Positions 53,585 to 60,660 of a stretch of 60,660 nucleotides of DNA are shown here, piece by piece; the first letter of the stretch is position 1; every line of letters begins with the position of its first letter. The translations under genes were made by a program, and so were the position numbers. The notes beneath the pieces are model-generated. The model made no database searches and was not told where the DNA came from. It saw only the letters and a program-made list of their open reading frames with translations. Origin of the DNA: a virus (lineage: Duplodnaviria > Caudoviricetes); the IMG/VR virus record IMGVR_UViG_3300032046_000026, positions 1 through 60,660 of that record; one strand, 5' to 3'.

Positions 53585-53593
53585 ATGGTCGAC
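53585..53593 (-). promoter_or_regulatory. Putative late promoter motif GTCGACCAT (head operon)
   Basis: Intergenic; TAAA 17 nt upstream; ATG 9 nt downstream with no SD. Confidence 0.72.
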
Positions 53594-53611
53594 GGCGCAG
53601 CAGGGGGCGGT

Positions 53612-53944
53612 TTATAGGTCGGGGGCGGTGGGGTGCGTGAGGCGCCGGCACAGCCTGCCGGCAGCTGCAATCGCCATGGCGTTGAACACGAAAGCGGCCA
53701 GGCCACCCACGAATCCGCCGGCGCGGGTGGGTCGCAGCGAGACGGTTCCTTTCCCGTAAGCAGCCTGGCCAAAGGCGATCCACATGCCCGCGCACACGTG
53801 GCAGCAGACCAGTTCCCCCAGCAGCGGGTGGGCCTTGCCGGCCAGATCGCGGGCCGGTTCAAACAGGTCGGATTCGCACAGAAGCGTAGTCGCCTGGTCG
53901 TTCACCAGGCCATGCAGCAGCAAATTGATCAGGCGCCTTGACAT
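53612..53944 (-). CDS. DUF1360-like membrane protein
   Basis: LFEPAR...LGELVCCHVCAGMW. Confidence 0.65.
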   Translation of the reverse strand: MSRRLINLLLHGLVNDQATTLLCESDLFEPARDLAGKAHPLLGELVCCHVCAGMWIAFGQAAYGKGTVSLRPTRAGGFVGGLAAFVFNAMAIAAAGRLCRRLTHPTAPDL

Positions 53945-56187
53945 TATTCTCGCTCCTCGCCCATCCAGTAGGCCGGCTCCCCGCCGGCCACGCTGGCCAG
54001 CAGTTCTTTCTTGTCGAAGGTGACGTAACAGTGGCACACGTGCGGGTGTGCGGGCGGCCCCTGAATGCCCTCGTCAAACACGCTCTCATATTCGAAGTCG
54101 GCCGGCACGGGGCCTTCGTCCATGTTGCTCTGGCAGATGTTACAGGCGACGCCAGGGATGGCGATCCAATGCTTGCGGGTGAGGCCCACGGACGATTGCT
54201 GGGCCAGGGCGGCGCTGGTGCTGGCCGCGTTGATCTCGGTGTTCACAATCGACAGGGCGCGGCCCCTGAACGTCTCGATGATCCCGCGCCGCACGGCGTC
54301 CACCAGCACGTCGCGGGCAATGGCCTGGCTGGACATGCCCACCTCGACGCCGCCCAGTATTTTCTGCGCGATGAAGTACTTCGTGCCGTCGTCGGCGATC
54401 TGCACCAGCTGGGCGCCACGTTTGGCGATCTCGGCCAGCACGGCGGGGTCTTTCAGCACCGCCGTGGTCACGGTAAGGGCGGGGCTGGTGACGGCGCCTG
54501 CAGCGTGCAGCGCGTCCTGTATCTCCTGGGCGGCTTCCAGCAGCCCTTCGCCGTAGGCCAGGGCCAGGCAGTTGGCCACGCGCTCGCCCACGTCGGGCGC
54601 CTTCCACCAGCTGGCATGCTCAAGCAGATCGCGGATCGCCTGGGCAGCGGGCGTGTCCTGGGCGGCGCGTTCCTTGCTGGCTTCCTTGGCCTTGGTGGCG
54701 GCGGCAATGCCGGCGTCCAGCAGATCGGCGATGCGCCCCTTGGTCACTGAGCGGGCGATCCCGTTCATCCACGGGCCAACCACTTTGCCCAGTTCGCGGG
54801 CCGATTTGCTAGAGGTAGGGAAGGCGCGAGGCGGAACCTTGTCGCCCCGCCCGAGCGGGGCCGGCGCTTTTGGGCCGGCGCGTTGGCCCTGCTGAGCCTG
54901 GCTTTCGCCGGTGGTGGTGGCGGCTGCTTCGCCGCTGGGCTGGGCGGCCCCGCCAGCTGGTGCAGCTGGTGCCGCCGGCGTCTCGGCCGGCAGGAAGGTG
55001 GTCAACTCCTCCGGCACTTCGACGGTTATGATCCCCTCCTCAATGGCCTGGGCCAGCGCGATCTGCGGCGGCAGGCCGGCGTTGAGCACCAGGTTGCCGA
55101 TGGCCATGGAGGTTTGGTTCTTGGCGGCGGCCTTGCGCACCACGTCTTCCAGTTCGATGTCGGCCCACTTGAACTCGGCTCCATCGGGCAGCACGTCCAT
55201 GTCGATGCGCTGCTTGATCCGTTTCAGCAGGTGGGCCAGCCCTTGGCGCTTCGACAACTCGATCACCCTGGTGGCGCCGGCCAGGCGCAACTGCTCATTG
55301 AACAGCCCCAGGTCGCCCGTATTCATGCCAAAGGCGGCGCACACCATTTCGGCGTAACGCTTCACCAGTTCGGGCAGTTCGGCCTGGGCGGCCGACGTGC
55401 CGAAGGAGATGAACTGCGCCGGCGCGGCGCTTTCCTTGTCGCGGCCCTCGGCGGTAAGGATCGGCACCTTGAGGCTGTCGATGCCGGCCAGCATGGTTTT
55501 CCAGCTGGCCAGCCAATCAACCGCCTCGTCGTGCGACATGCCCATGACGTCAAGGATGCCAGGCGGTGGGTTGTCGGTGAGCAGCGTTTGCCAGAAGCGG
55601 TCGCTGCGCAGTAGCCCTTGGATCGCCGCCAGGCAGTCCATGCAGGGCGTGCGCGTCCAGCCGTAGAACCTGATCTCCGGCCTGGGCATCCACTTGATGC
55701 GCGACACTTCGGTGGAGCGGAACAGCCTGGGGTCAAGGCTGCCCTGGGTGGGGTGCACCATGGCGTAGGGGAATTCCTTGTTGTAGGTGGGCCGCATAAG
55801 GCCGGCGTCCAGGTGCGCCGTCCAGGCCGTGCCGCCGTCGGGGTAGCTGCCGATCTCCCAGGCGCCGCCGAAGGGCACCGTGAGCGCGTCTTCCACCACG
55901 CGGGCGATCATGTTTTCAAAGCCGCTGCCGTCGTCCGCCTGGGCCAGCACCAGCTCGAAATACTTGCCTTCTTCTTCGTCCTCGTCAACCACTTCCCAGG
56001 CCAGGCCGGTGATCTGCATGATCATGGTGGCAATGCAGCTGCGCACCACGGGCGCGGCACCTACCAGGCGGCGCCACTGTTCGCTGCTGAGGGCGACGGG
56101 ATCGTAGAAGGTGATGGGCGTGCGGGAGAGGAAAGCCGGTTCGCGGTAGCCCTTGGCTTTGGGTTCGGCCGGCGCGTTGGCTGGCAT
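53944..56187 (-). CDS. Portal protein fused to a MuF-like minor head domain
   Basis: Portal-like N-terminal ~410 aa (PPPGIL, MVCAAFG); C-terminal RALSIVNTE...KHW...CNIC...PPAHPHVCHC. Confidence 0.85.
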   Translation of the reverse strand: MPANAPAEPKAKGYREPAFLSRTPITFYDPVALSSEQWRRLVGAAPVVRSCIATMIMQITGLAWEVVDEDEEEGKYFELVLAQADDGSGFENMIARVVEDALTVPFGGAWEIGSYPDGGTAWTAHLDAGLMRPTYNKEFPYAMVHPTQGSLDPRLFRSTEVSRIKWMPRPEIRFYGWTRTPCMDCLAAIQGLLRSDRFWQTLLTDNPPPGILDVMGMSHDEAVDWLASWKTMLAGIDSLKVPILTAEGRDKESAAPAQFISFGTSAAQAELPELVKRYAEMVCAAFGMNTGDLGLFNEQLRLAGATRVIELSKRQGLAHLLKRIKQRIDMDVLPDGAEFKWADIELEDVVRKAAAKNQTSMAIGNLVLNAGLPPQIALAQAIEEGIITVEVPEELTTFLPAETPAAPAAPAGGAAQPSGEAAATTTGESQAQQGQRAGPKAPAPLGRGDKVPPRAFPTSSKSARELGKVVGPWMNGIARSVTKGRIADLLDAGIAAATKAKEASKERAAQDTPAAQAIRDLLEHASWWKAPDVGERVANCLALAYGEGLLEAAQEIQDALHAAGAVTSPALTVTTAVLKDPAVLAEIAKRGAQLVQIADDGTKYFIAQKILGGVEVGMSSQAIARDVLVDAVRRGIIETFRGRALSIVNTEINAASTSAALAQQSSVGLTRKHWIAIPGVACNICQSNMDEGPVPADFEYESVFDEGIQGPPAHPHVCHCYVTFDKKELLASVAGGEPAYWMGEERE

Positions 56188-56279
56188 GGCGGCTCCTTGG
56201 CAAAGTAGGGGCGGGCGTTCCGCATGGCGGACGGCGCCCACAGCCCGCCGGCGGGGGATACGTCCGCCCGCCCGCCTAT

Positions 56280-56288
56280 ATGGTCGAC
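56280..56288 (-). promoter_or_regulatory. Putative late promoter motif GTCGACCAT (portal)
   Basis: Intergenic, upstream of portal. Confidence 0.7.
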
Positions 56289-56304
56289 AGGCGGCCGTGG
56301 CCCA

Positions 56305-56787
56305 TCATAGCAGGGCGGGCTGCATCGCTGCCAGTCGTTCCTGCTCGGCCTGGCGTTGCGCCGCGATCCTGGCGGGCTCGTGGCGGTTGGGGTGGTGGGT
56401 GTCGCCGTGGCAATCGTGGCACAGCACCACCAGGTTGGCCTGGTGGTTGTAGCACGTCATGGAGCGCGGTTGGCCCAGCAACGGCACACGGTGGTGGACT
56501 TCGAGGAACACGCGCACAAGATCGTCGGGATTGGCACCGTCTCTAAGGCCCTGGCCCACGATCCAGTCGCGGGATGCCCAAAACGGCTGGCGCTGGCAGC
56601 GCGCGCAGGTGAAGTGGGCGCGCCGCAGGGCTTCGGGTGCCGCCAATGACCAAAAGTGGTTCTGGCTGAACGCGGTCGTGCAGGCGGGGCAGCAGCACAG
56701 CGCCCTCCGACCATTCAGCGGGCCACGGCACCACAGGCAGCCATCGACCGAAAAGTCGCGGCAGAAGATGCGATCCTGCCAGCTCAT
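56305..56787 (-). CDS. HNH endonuclease (packaging-associated position)
   Basis: CARC...LEVHHRVP...NLVVLCHDCH. Confidence 0.88.
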   Translation of the reverse strand: MSWQDRIFCRDFSVDGCLWCRGPLNGRRALCCCPACTTAFSQNHFWSLAAPEALRRAHFTCARCQRQPFWASRDWIVGQGLRDGANPDDLVRVFLEVHHRVPLLGQPRSMTCYNHQANLVVLCHDCHGDTHHPNRHEPARIAAQRQAEQERLAAMQPALL

Positions 56788-57032
56788 AGCATCTTTGCCT
56801 GGGCGGTGTAGGCCAGCACCCCAGGCGCCATGCGCGCCAGCTGGTCGATCACACCCTCGTGGAACCACCAGACCTTGGCGGTATCATCCCAGGTGCGCAG
56901 GGCGGCGGGGATCAGCGCCTTGAGCCGGCGCAACCCGTCCACATCGTAGCGGAACTGGACGCACCAGCCTGGCCGGCCCTCGGCGTCGCCGCAGCGCCAC
57001 GCCTTCTGCACGTGCAACTGGGCGGTGCTCAT
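56784..57032 (-). CDS. Stand-alone HARP-like domain protein
   Basis: FRYD...LKALIP...RTWD..KVWWF. Confidence 0.6.
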   Translation of the reverse strand: MSTAQLHVQKAWRCGDAEGRPGWCVQFRYDVDGLRRLKALIPAALRTWDDTAKVWWFHEGVIDQLARMAPGVLAYTAQAKML

Positions 57033-57071
57033 AGCCGGTTCACTTTTTTCTGCCTCAAAGTCACCCGATTA

Positions 57072-57248
57072 TCAGGAACCGGCTGGCTTCTTGAGGCACC
57101 ACAGCATGGTTAGGATCGCCTCGCCGTTATACTCCACCAGCGCCCGCCGGCGCGGCAGGAACCGCAGGACGCGCACCCTGGTGCCATGGGGGATGCGCGA
57201 TCCGTAGGCCCGCGTCCAGCGGTCGCCCTTGAAGATGCGCCAGATCAC
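57072..57248 (-). CDS. Small hypothetical protein (58 aa, below the ORF track cut-off)
   Basis: GTGA coupling; MIWRIFKGDRWTRAYGSRIPHGTRVRVL... Confidence 0.55.
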   Translation of the reverse strand: MIWRIFKGDRWTRAYGSRIPHGTRVRVLRFLPRRRALVEYNGEAILTMLWCLKKPAGS

Positions 57249-57454
57249 GGCAGCGGCGTGGGCAGCGCCGCCTGCAGGTCGTCAATCTTGATTTCGATGT
57301 TGGCCAGTTCGAGCATCACCAGCAGGATCAAGGCCAAGGCCAGGGCCACCGGCCACCAGTTGCGGCCGGCCCCGCGCAGCTGGTCGATACCGAAAAGTGC
57401 GATCACCATGGCGACGAACGCTACCACGTCGATTGCCACATCGTAGGCCGTCAT
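57245..57454 (-). CDS. Small two-TM membrane protein
   Basis: Two hydrophobic helices; ATGA coupling. Confidence 0.7.
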   Translation of the reverse strand: MTAYDVAIDVVAFVAMVIALFGIDQLRGAGRNWWPVALALALILLVMLELANIEIKIDDLQAALPTPLP

Positions 57455-57930
57455 GGCTTCTCCTTCGTGGCCCGACGCTTTTGCAGTTTGCGGTAGCAGG
57501 CCACGCAATCTTCTGTCCTGCACGTTTCGCCCACCTCGCCGGCCTGCAGTTCGCCGGTGAAGGCCCAGCGGCGGCACAGCGAGTGGCTGTTGACGAAGTA
57601 GTGAAACTTCGACGCCAGCAGCGGCCCGCCCCAGCCCTCGGCCAGCTTGGGCGGCCCAGGCGGGGCAGGTGCTGGCGCCTTGGTGATCCCCAGCACCACC
57701 ACGTCGTGCTGCAGGTAGGAGCCGCCAGGATCGGGGCCGTAGGCCAGCAGGTAGGTCACGCGCACGCGGCAGGTGCGGCCAGTGAACTTGCTGATCTGCG
57801 GCGCGTACTCCTGCAGCAGCAGTTCGTCGCCCACCTGGTAGCCGCGATCATTGACCCGCACGTCGAACGTTTTGGTGCCGTCGAGCACGGCGTCGAATGG
57901 CTTGGGCCAGGTCTTTAGTTCGTGGATCAT
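57451..57930 (-). CDS. ASCH/PUA-like (DUF3850) domain protein
   Basis: HELKTWPKPFDAVLDGTKTFDVRVNDRGYQVGDELLLQEY. Confidence 0.85.
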   Translation of the reverse strand: MIHELKTWPKPFDAVLDGTKTFDVRVNDRGYQVGDELLLQEYAPQISKFTGRTCRVRVTYLLAYGPDPGGSYLQHDVVVLGITKAPAPAPPGPPKLAEGWGGPLLASKFHYFVNSHSLCRRWAFTGELQAGEVGETCRTEDCVACYRKLQKRRATKEKP

Positions 57931-58318
57931 CGGGGCGCCTCCTGAATGTGATCACGTAGCCTTCGGGCCGTTGCCCACCTTGGCTGTCTTGCCAGATTAC
58001 GTCAACGTCGTCGCGGCCCACCAGGGCCAGCATGTCGGGCTGCCCAGGCACCCACTTCACCTTCGGCGTCTGCAGACCAGGCTTGAGGCTGACCGGCTCG
58101 GCGTGGGCGAAGACGTTGTAGCAGCGCCAGACGTAGGCCCGCATCGCCATGGGCTGGTTGCACCTGGGGCAGCGGGGCGGCTTGGACGGCTGCTGCAGTT
58201 CCGAGGGGCGCAGGCTAACCAGTTCGGGTTCGTGCGCAAGCAACCAAAGCGTCCACGGGTTCAGTAGGCCGTAGGCGCTGAGGTAGCTGCCGCGATCCAG
58301 TTCAACCGGCGCGGGCAT
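57848..58318 (-). CDS. Hypothetical Zn-ribbon protein
   Basis: CPRC...WRC..H. Confidence 0.6.
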   Translation of the reverse strand: MPAPVELDRGSYLSAYGLLNPWTLWLLAHEPELVSLRPSELQQPSKPPRCPRCNQPMAMRAYVWRCYNVFAHAEPVSLKPGLQTPKVKWVPGQPDMLALVGRDDVDVIWQDSQGGQRPEGYVITFRRRPDDPRTKDLAQAIRRRARRHQNVRRAGQ

Positions 58319-58637
58319 CGGCCGCCCTTCCCATGGTGGGCCTCGGCGGGTTGGCTGGCCGCGCTGGCGTTTCCCGAACCTCGGCGCCTGGACGGAGGCT
58401 TTGTGCCCGCCGGCGGTGCTCATTGGTCAGTTGCCGGCAGGTGCGCGCGATGTCCTGCAGGCAGTCGTTGTTGAAGACGCAGCCGGCCTTCGGATAGAAG
58501 CAATACTGGCGCCAGGGGCCATACCACTTGATCTCGCCCAGGCGGTCGCCGTGCTGCGCAGAATCGACGGCGTAGATCGCCGTCTTGCCCGTGTCGCCGA
58601 TCTTGCGCACGCGCAGGTAGGGGTTAACCATCGTCAT
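58302..58637 (-). CDS. Hypothetical phage protein
   Basis: LGEIKWYGPWRQYCF. Confidence 0.75.
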   Translation of the reverse strand: MTMVNPYLRVRKIGDTGKTAIYAVDSAQHGDRLGEIKWYGPWRQYCFYPKAGCVFNNDCLQDIARTCRQLTNEHRRRAQSLRPGAEVRETPARPANPPRPTMGRAADARAG

Positions 58638-58848
58638 GCGGTGCCCTCCATATTTCGACAGTGGCCAACGTGCCCAGGGCCGCTCCCTCGGCCATGCCCC
58701 GTTTCAGGTGCGCGATGCAGCCGTTGCAGGCCAGGTTGCCCAAGTTGACGGCGCCACAATCGGGGCAGACGGCGTGCGAGTGCGGCGCGACGATCAGACA
58801 GGCCAGGAAGGGGCAGGGGCCATCGAACTGGATTTCGGGCGTCGTCAC
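58624..58848 (-). CDS. Small Cys/His-rich protein
   Basis: GTG start; CPF..C..HSH..CPDC..CNGC. Confidence 0.6.
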   Translation of the reverse strand: MTTPEIQFDGPCPFLACLIVAPHSHAVCPDCGAVNLGNLACNGCIAHLKRGMAEGAALGTLATVEIWRAPHDDG

Positions 58849-58858
58849 GTCGCCCCCT

Positions 58859-59125
58859 CTATTCCCTAACGCCAGCCCGAGGGCCTGGGCCGGCGCTGCT
58901 GATTGCGCTGTGCTGGGCGGCCCCCTGCGGGCGGATGAGCCGGCGGTCGTTGCGCACCCACCGGCGCTCGTAGGTATCGGAGAGCGGGTTGTGCGCCAGC
59001 ACTTCGATTTCACGGCCTTCCTTGAACTGCCTCGTGACGGCGCCTGGGCACCAGCCCCACATTTTATGGGCCAGCTTCACGTAGGCTTCCACCAGCTGGC
59101 CCTGGGTGAACGACTGCCGGCTCAA
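58859..59125 (-). CDS. Hypothetical protein
   Basis: TTGA coupling. Confidence 0.55.
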   Translation of the reverse strand: MSRQSFTQGQLVEAYVKLAHKMWGWCPGAVTRQFKEGREIEVLAHNPLSDTYERRWVRNDRRLIRPQGAAQHSAISSAGPGPRAGVRE

Positions 59126-59622
59126 GCGATCCCCCGTTCCTGCTTGATGCGGGCCAGCGCACCGTTCAGGCCCTTCATGGCTTCCGTGTCGCCGCCCTTG
59201 TCGGGGTGCAGGTCGTGGGCGCGGGCGCGGTAGGCGCCCTCGATCACGCTGAGCGGGGCATCCGGCCGCACGCCCAGCACCTCGTAGGGATCGACCATGG
59301 CGGCGCCGGCGGGCAGCATGGCCAGGCCGGCCATCACGAGCGTGTCAAGGATGCCCCGTTGCTGGGCCAGGCGCAACGCCTCGATCACCCGCCAAAGGGC
59401 GTAAAGGTTAAGGGCGAAGTCGCGGGTCTTGCTGCAGCGGATCGTCTGCTTTTTCCCGTCGCGGTAGAAGTCGATCTGCGCGCCGTTGCTGCCGTCCTTG
59501 GGCAGAATTTCGTACTCATCGAGGGCCATGCCCCAGCGGGCGAACTCGGCCCGCACGTCCTGGCGCACCTGGGTGAAGTCCTTCTTTGTCCGGATTTCGC
59601 CGGCCCCTGGGTTAACGCGCAT
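59122..59622 (-). CDS. DnaJ (J-domain) protein
   Basis: DPYEVLGV...AYRARA..LHPDKGG (HPD motif). Confidence 0.88.
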   Translation of the reverse strand: MRVNPGAGEIRTKKDFTQVRQDVRAEFARWGMALDEYEILPKDGSNGAQIDFYRDGKKQTIRCSKTRDFALNLYALWRVIEALRLAQQRGILDTLVMAGLAMLPAGAAMVDPYEVLGVRPDAPLSVIEGAYRARAHDLHPDKGGDTEAMKGLNGALARIKQERGIA

Positions 59623-59632
59623 CCTTGCCTCC

Positions 59633-59905
59633 TTACAGGATTCGTTGCAGGTGCCACTCGACGCCGGTCATGGTGCGCCGGCGCATCCTGGCGCACTCGC
59701 GGCACGTGGTCATTTTGGCGCCGGCCTTGATTGCTTTGGCGAAGTAGGCGAGGCGGAAGTCGCCAACCGCCACGCCCAGGTCGTAGTGCCCGCGCCGATA
59801 CCAGCAGCGTTTCAGGCCGATACTATCGGCAAAATCGTGCAGTTCCCGCCTGCCGGCGGCCCCCAGTAGGCTTGACACCAGGTGCACGCGGTCAGTGAAG
59901 ATCAT
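59633..59905 (-). CDS. DUF4031-like protein
   Basis: HLVS...ELHDFADSIGLKRCWY...HYDL. Confidence 0.75.
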   Translation of the reverse strand: MIFTDRVHLVSSLLGAAGRRELHDFADSIGLKRCWYRRGHYDLGVAVGDFRLAYFAKAIKAGAKMTTCRECARMRRRTMTGVEWHLQRIL

Positions 59906-59911
59906 GGGGCC

Positions 59912-59940
59912 AGTTTAACCGTGGCGGTTGTGCTGCGCAA
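59912..59940 (-). promoter_or_regulatory. Sigma70 promoter with operator (leaderless)
   Basis: TTGCGC-N17-TAAACT; TAACCGTGGCGGTTG at 59916-59930. Confidence 0.72.
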
Positions 59941-59945
59941 GGGGA

Positions 59946-60659
59946 TCAGCCCACGAACTCCTGCTTGCCGCCCAGCTTGAGGGCGCCGTACACCGCGCCG
60001 GCCACGGCGTCCACCACGTCCTTGCTGCCCTTGTCGGGGTGATCCACCTTCTTGCCCCGCACCAGGTTGAGGGCCTTGGCTTCGCGCTGCAGCGGTTCGT
60101 AGGCGTAGAAGGAAACCTGGCCGGTGTTGATCAATTCCTGCAGGGTGTCGTGGCCCAGGGTGTCGCGGTCAAGGCTGAACTGCCCCACGCGGTAGCCGTC
60201 ATGGCGGAACTGCTGCAGGCTGTCCAGCGATTGCCAGCCGTCATACGTCACGCGGCCGCCCTTCACGTTGAAGCCCCGATCCTGCCAGTCGCGGATCAGC
60301 TGGCGCACGTACTCAAAGCTGATTTCGCCCTTTTCCTCGCGCCGGTGCGGCGGCCTGATCTGCAGTTCCACGTCCACCACGATCTTGCGGGCCTTGGGGT
60401 TTGGTTCGCCGTTGACCAGCGCGTGGTAGGGGCACCCAGGCACCGGCTTGTGCGCCATGCCCAGGCCGCAGGCGTCGCGGGTAAGGCCCAGGTCGACGTG
60501 CACAAACCGCTTGCTCGGGCAGCAGGGCCGGAACCAATCGGCCAGCTGCATGTTGGCGTCGTAAGGGTGCTGGCGCTCGGGGTCGGCCTGGCGATCCCAG
60601 CGGTCGGGATCGGGGTAGTAGCCTTCCTGCGCCTTTGGCGGGCGCGCGCCGAAGTCGCG
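59946..60659 (-). CDS. terL: Terminase large subunit, 3' part (RNase H-like nuclease domain)
   Basis: FVHVDLGLTRD, VTYDGWQS, KVDHPDKGSKDVVDAVAG. Confidence 0.9.
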   Translation of the reverse strand, partial: RDFGARPPKAQEGYYPDPDRWDRQADPERQHPYDANMQLADWFRPCCPSKRFVHVDLGLTRDACGLGMAHKPVPGCPYHALVNGEPNPKARKIVVDVELQIRPPHRREEKGEISFEYVRQLIRDWQDRGFNVKGGRVTYDGWQSLDSLQQFRHDGYRVGQFSLDRDTLGHDTLQELINTGQVSFYAYEPLQREAKALNLVRGKKVDHPDKGSKDVVDAVAGAVYGALKLGGKQEFVG

Positions 60660-60660
60660 C
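60506..60660. repeat. Terminal direct repeat / circular assembly overlap, right copy
   Basis: Matches 1-155 with one mismatch. Confidence 0.95.

Overview
The window is an apparently complete, circularly assembled genome of a GC-rich tailed phage (about 60.5 kb). Bases 1-155 are repeated at 60506-60660 with one mismatch, and the terminase gene spans the join. A long non-contractile tail is likely: there is a tape measure and tail tube but no sheath. Almost all real genes lie on the minus strand, and most long plus-strand ORFs are antisense shadows. The modules are terminase (with a fused N-terminal extension), portal-MuF, ChaB-protease/scaffold, major capsid, head-tail connectors, tail, lysis, a phage sigma factor, recombination (RecT-like, SbcCD, RusA, Topo VI-A-like) and two DNA methyltransferases. 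I saw no integrase, DNA polymerase or helicase. The main candidate novel system is a glycan pathway: split HldE-like ADP-heptose enzymes plus a 12-kb island between the capsid and connector genes, with its own promoter and terminators, carrying a GT9 heptosyltransferase-like gene, three GT4, two GT2 and four SAM methyltransferases. The island sits beside a putative virion protein with 13 tandem 16-residue repeats, most with a Ser-Trp core. A two-tier regulatory scheme is also readable: sigma70 promoters sharing a TAACCG-N3-CGGTTA palindrome, and a GTCGACCAT motif before each structural or lysis operon. Other oddities are a tRNA-like element, several structured RNA candidates, probable non-canonical start codons and apparent restriction-site avoidance. 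All product calls come from motif recognition by eye; no database searches were run. The host is uncertain; a monoderm such as Chloroflexota or Actinomycetota is plausible.
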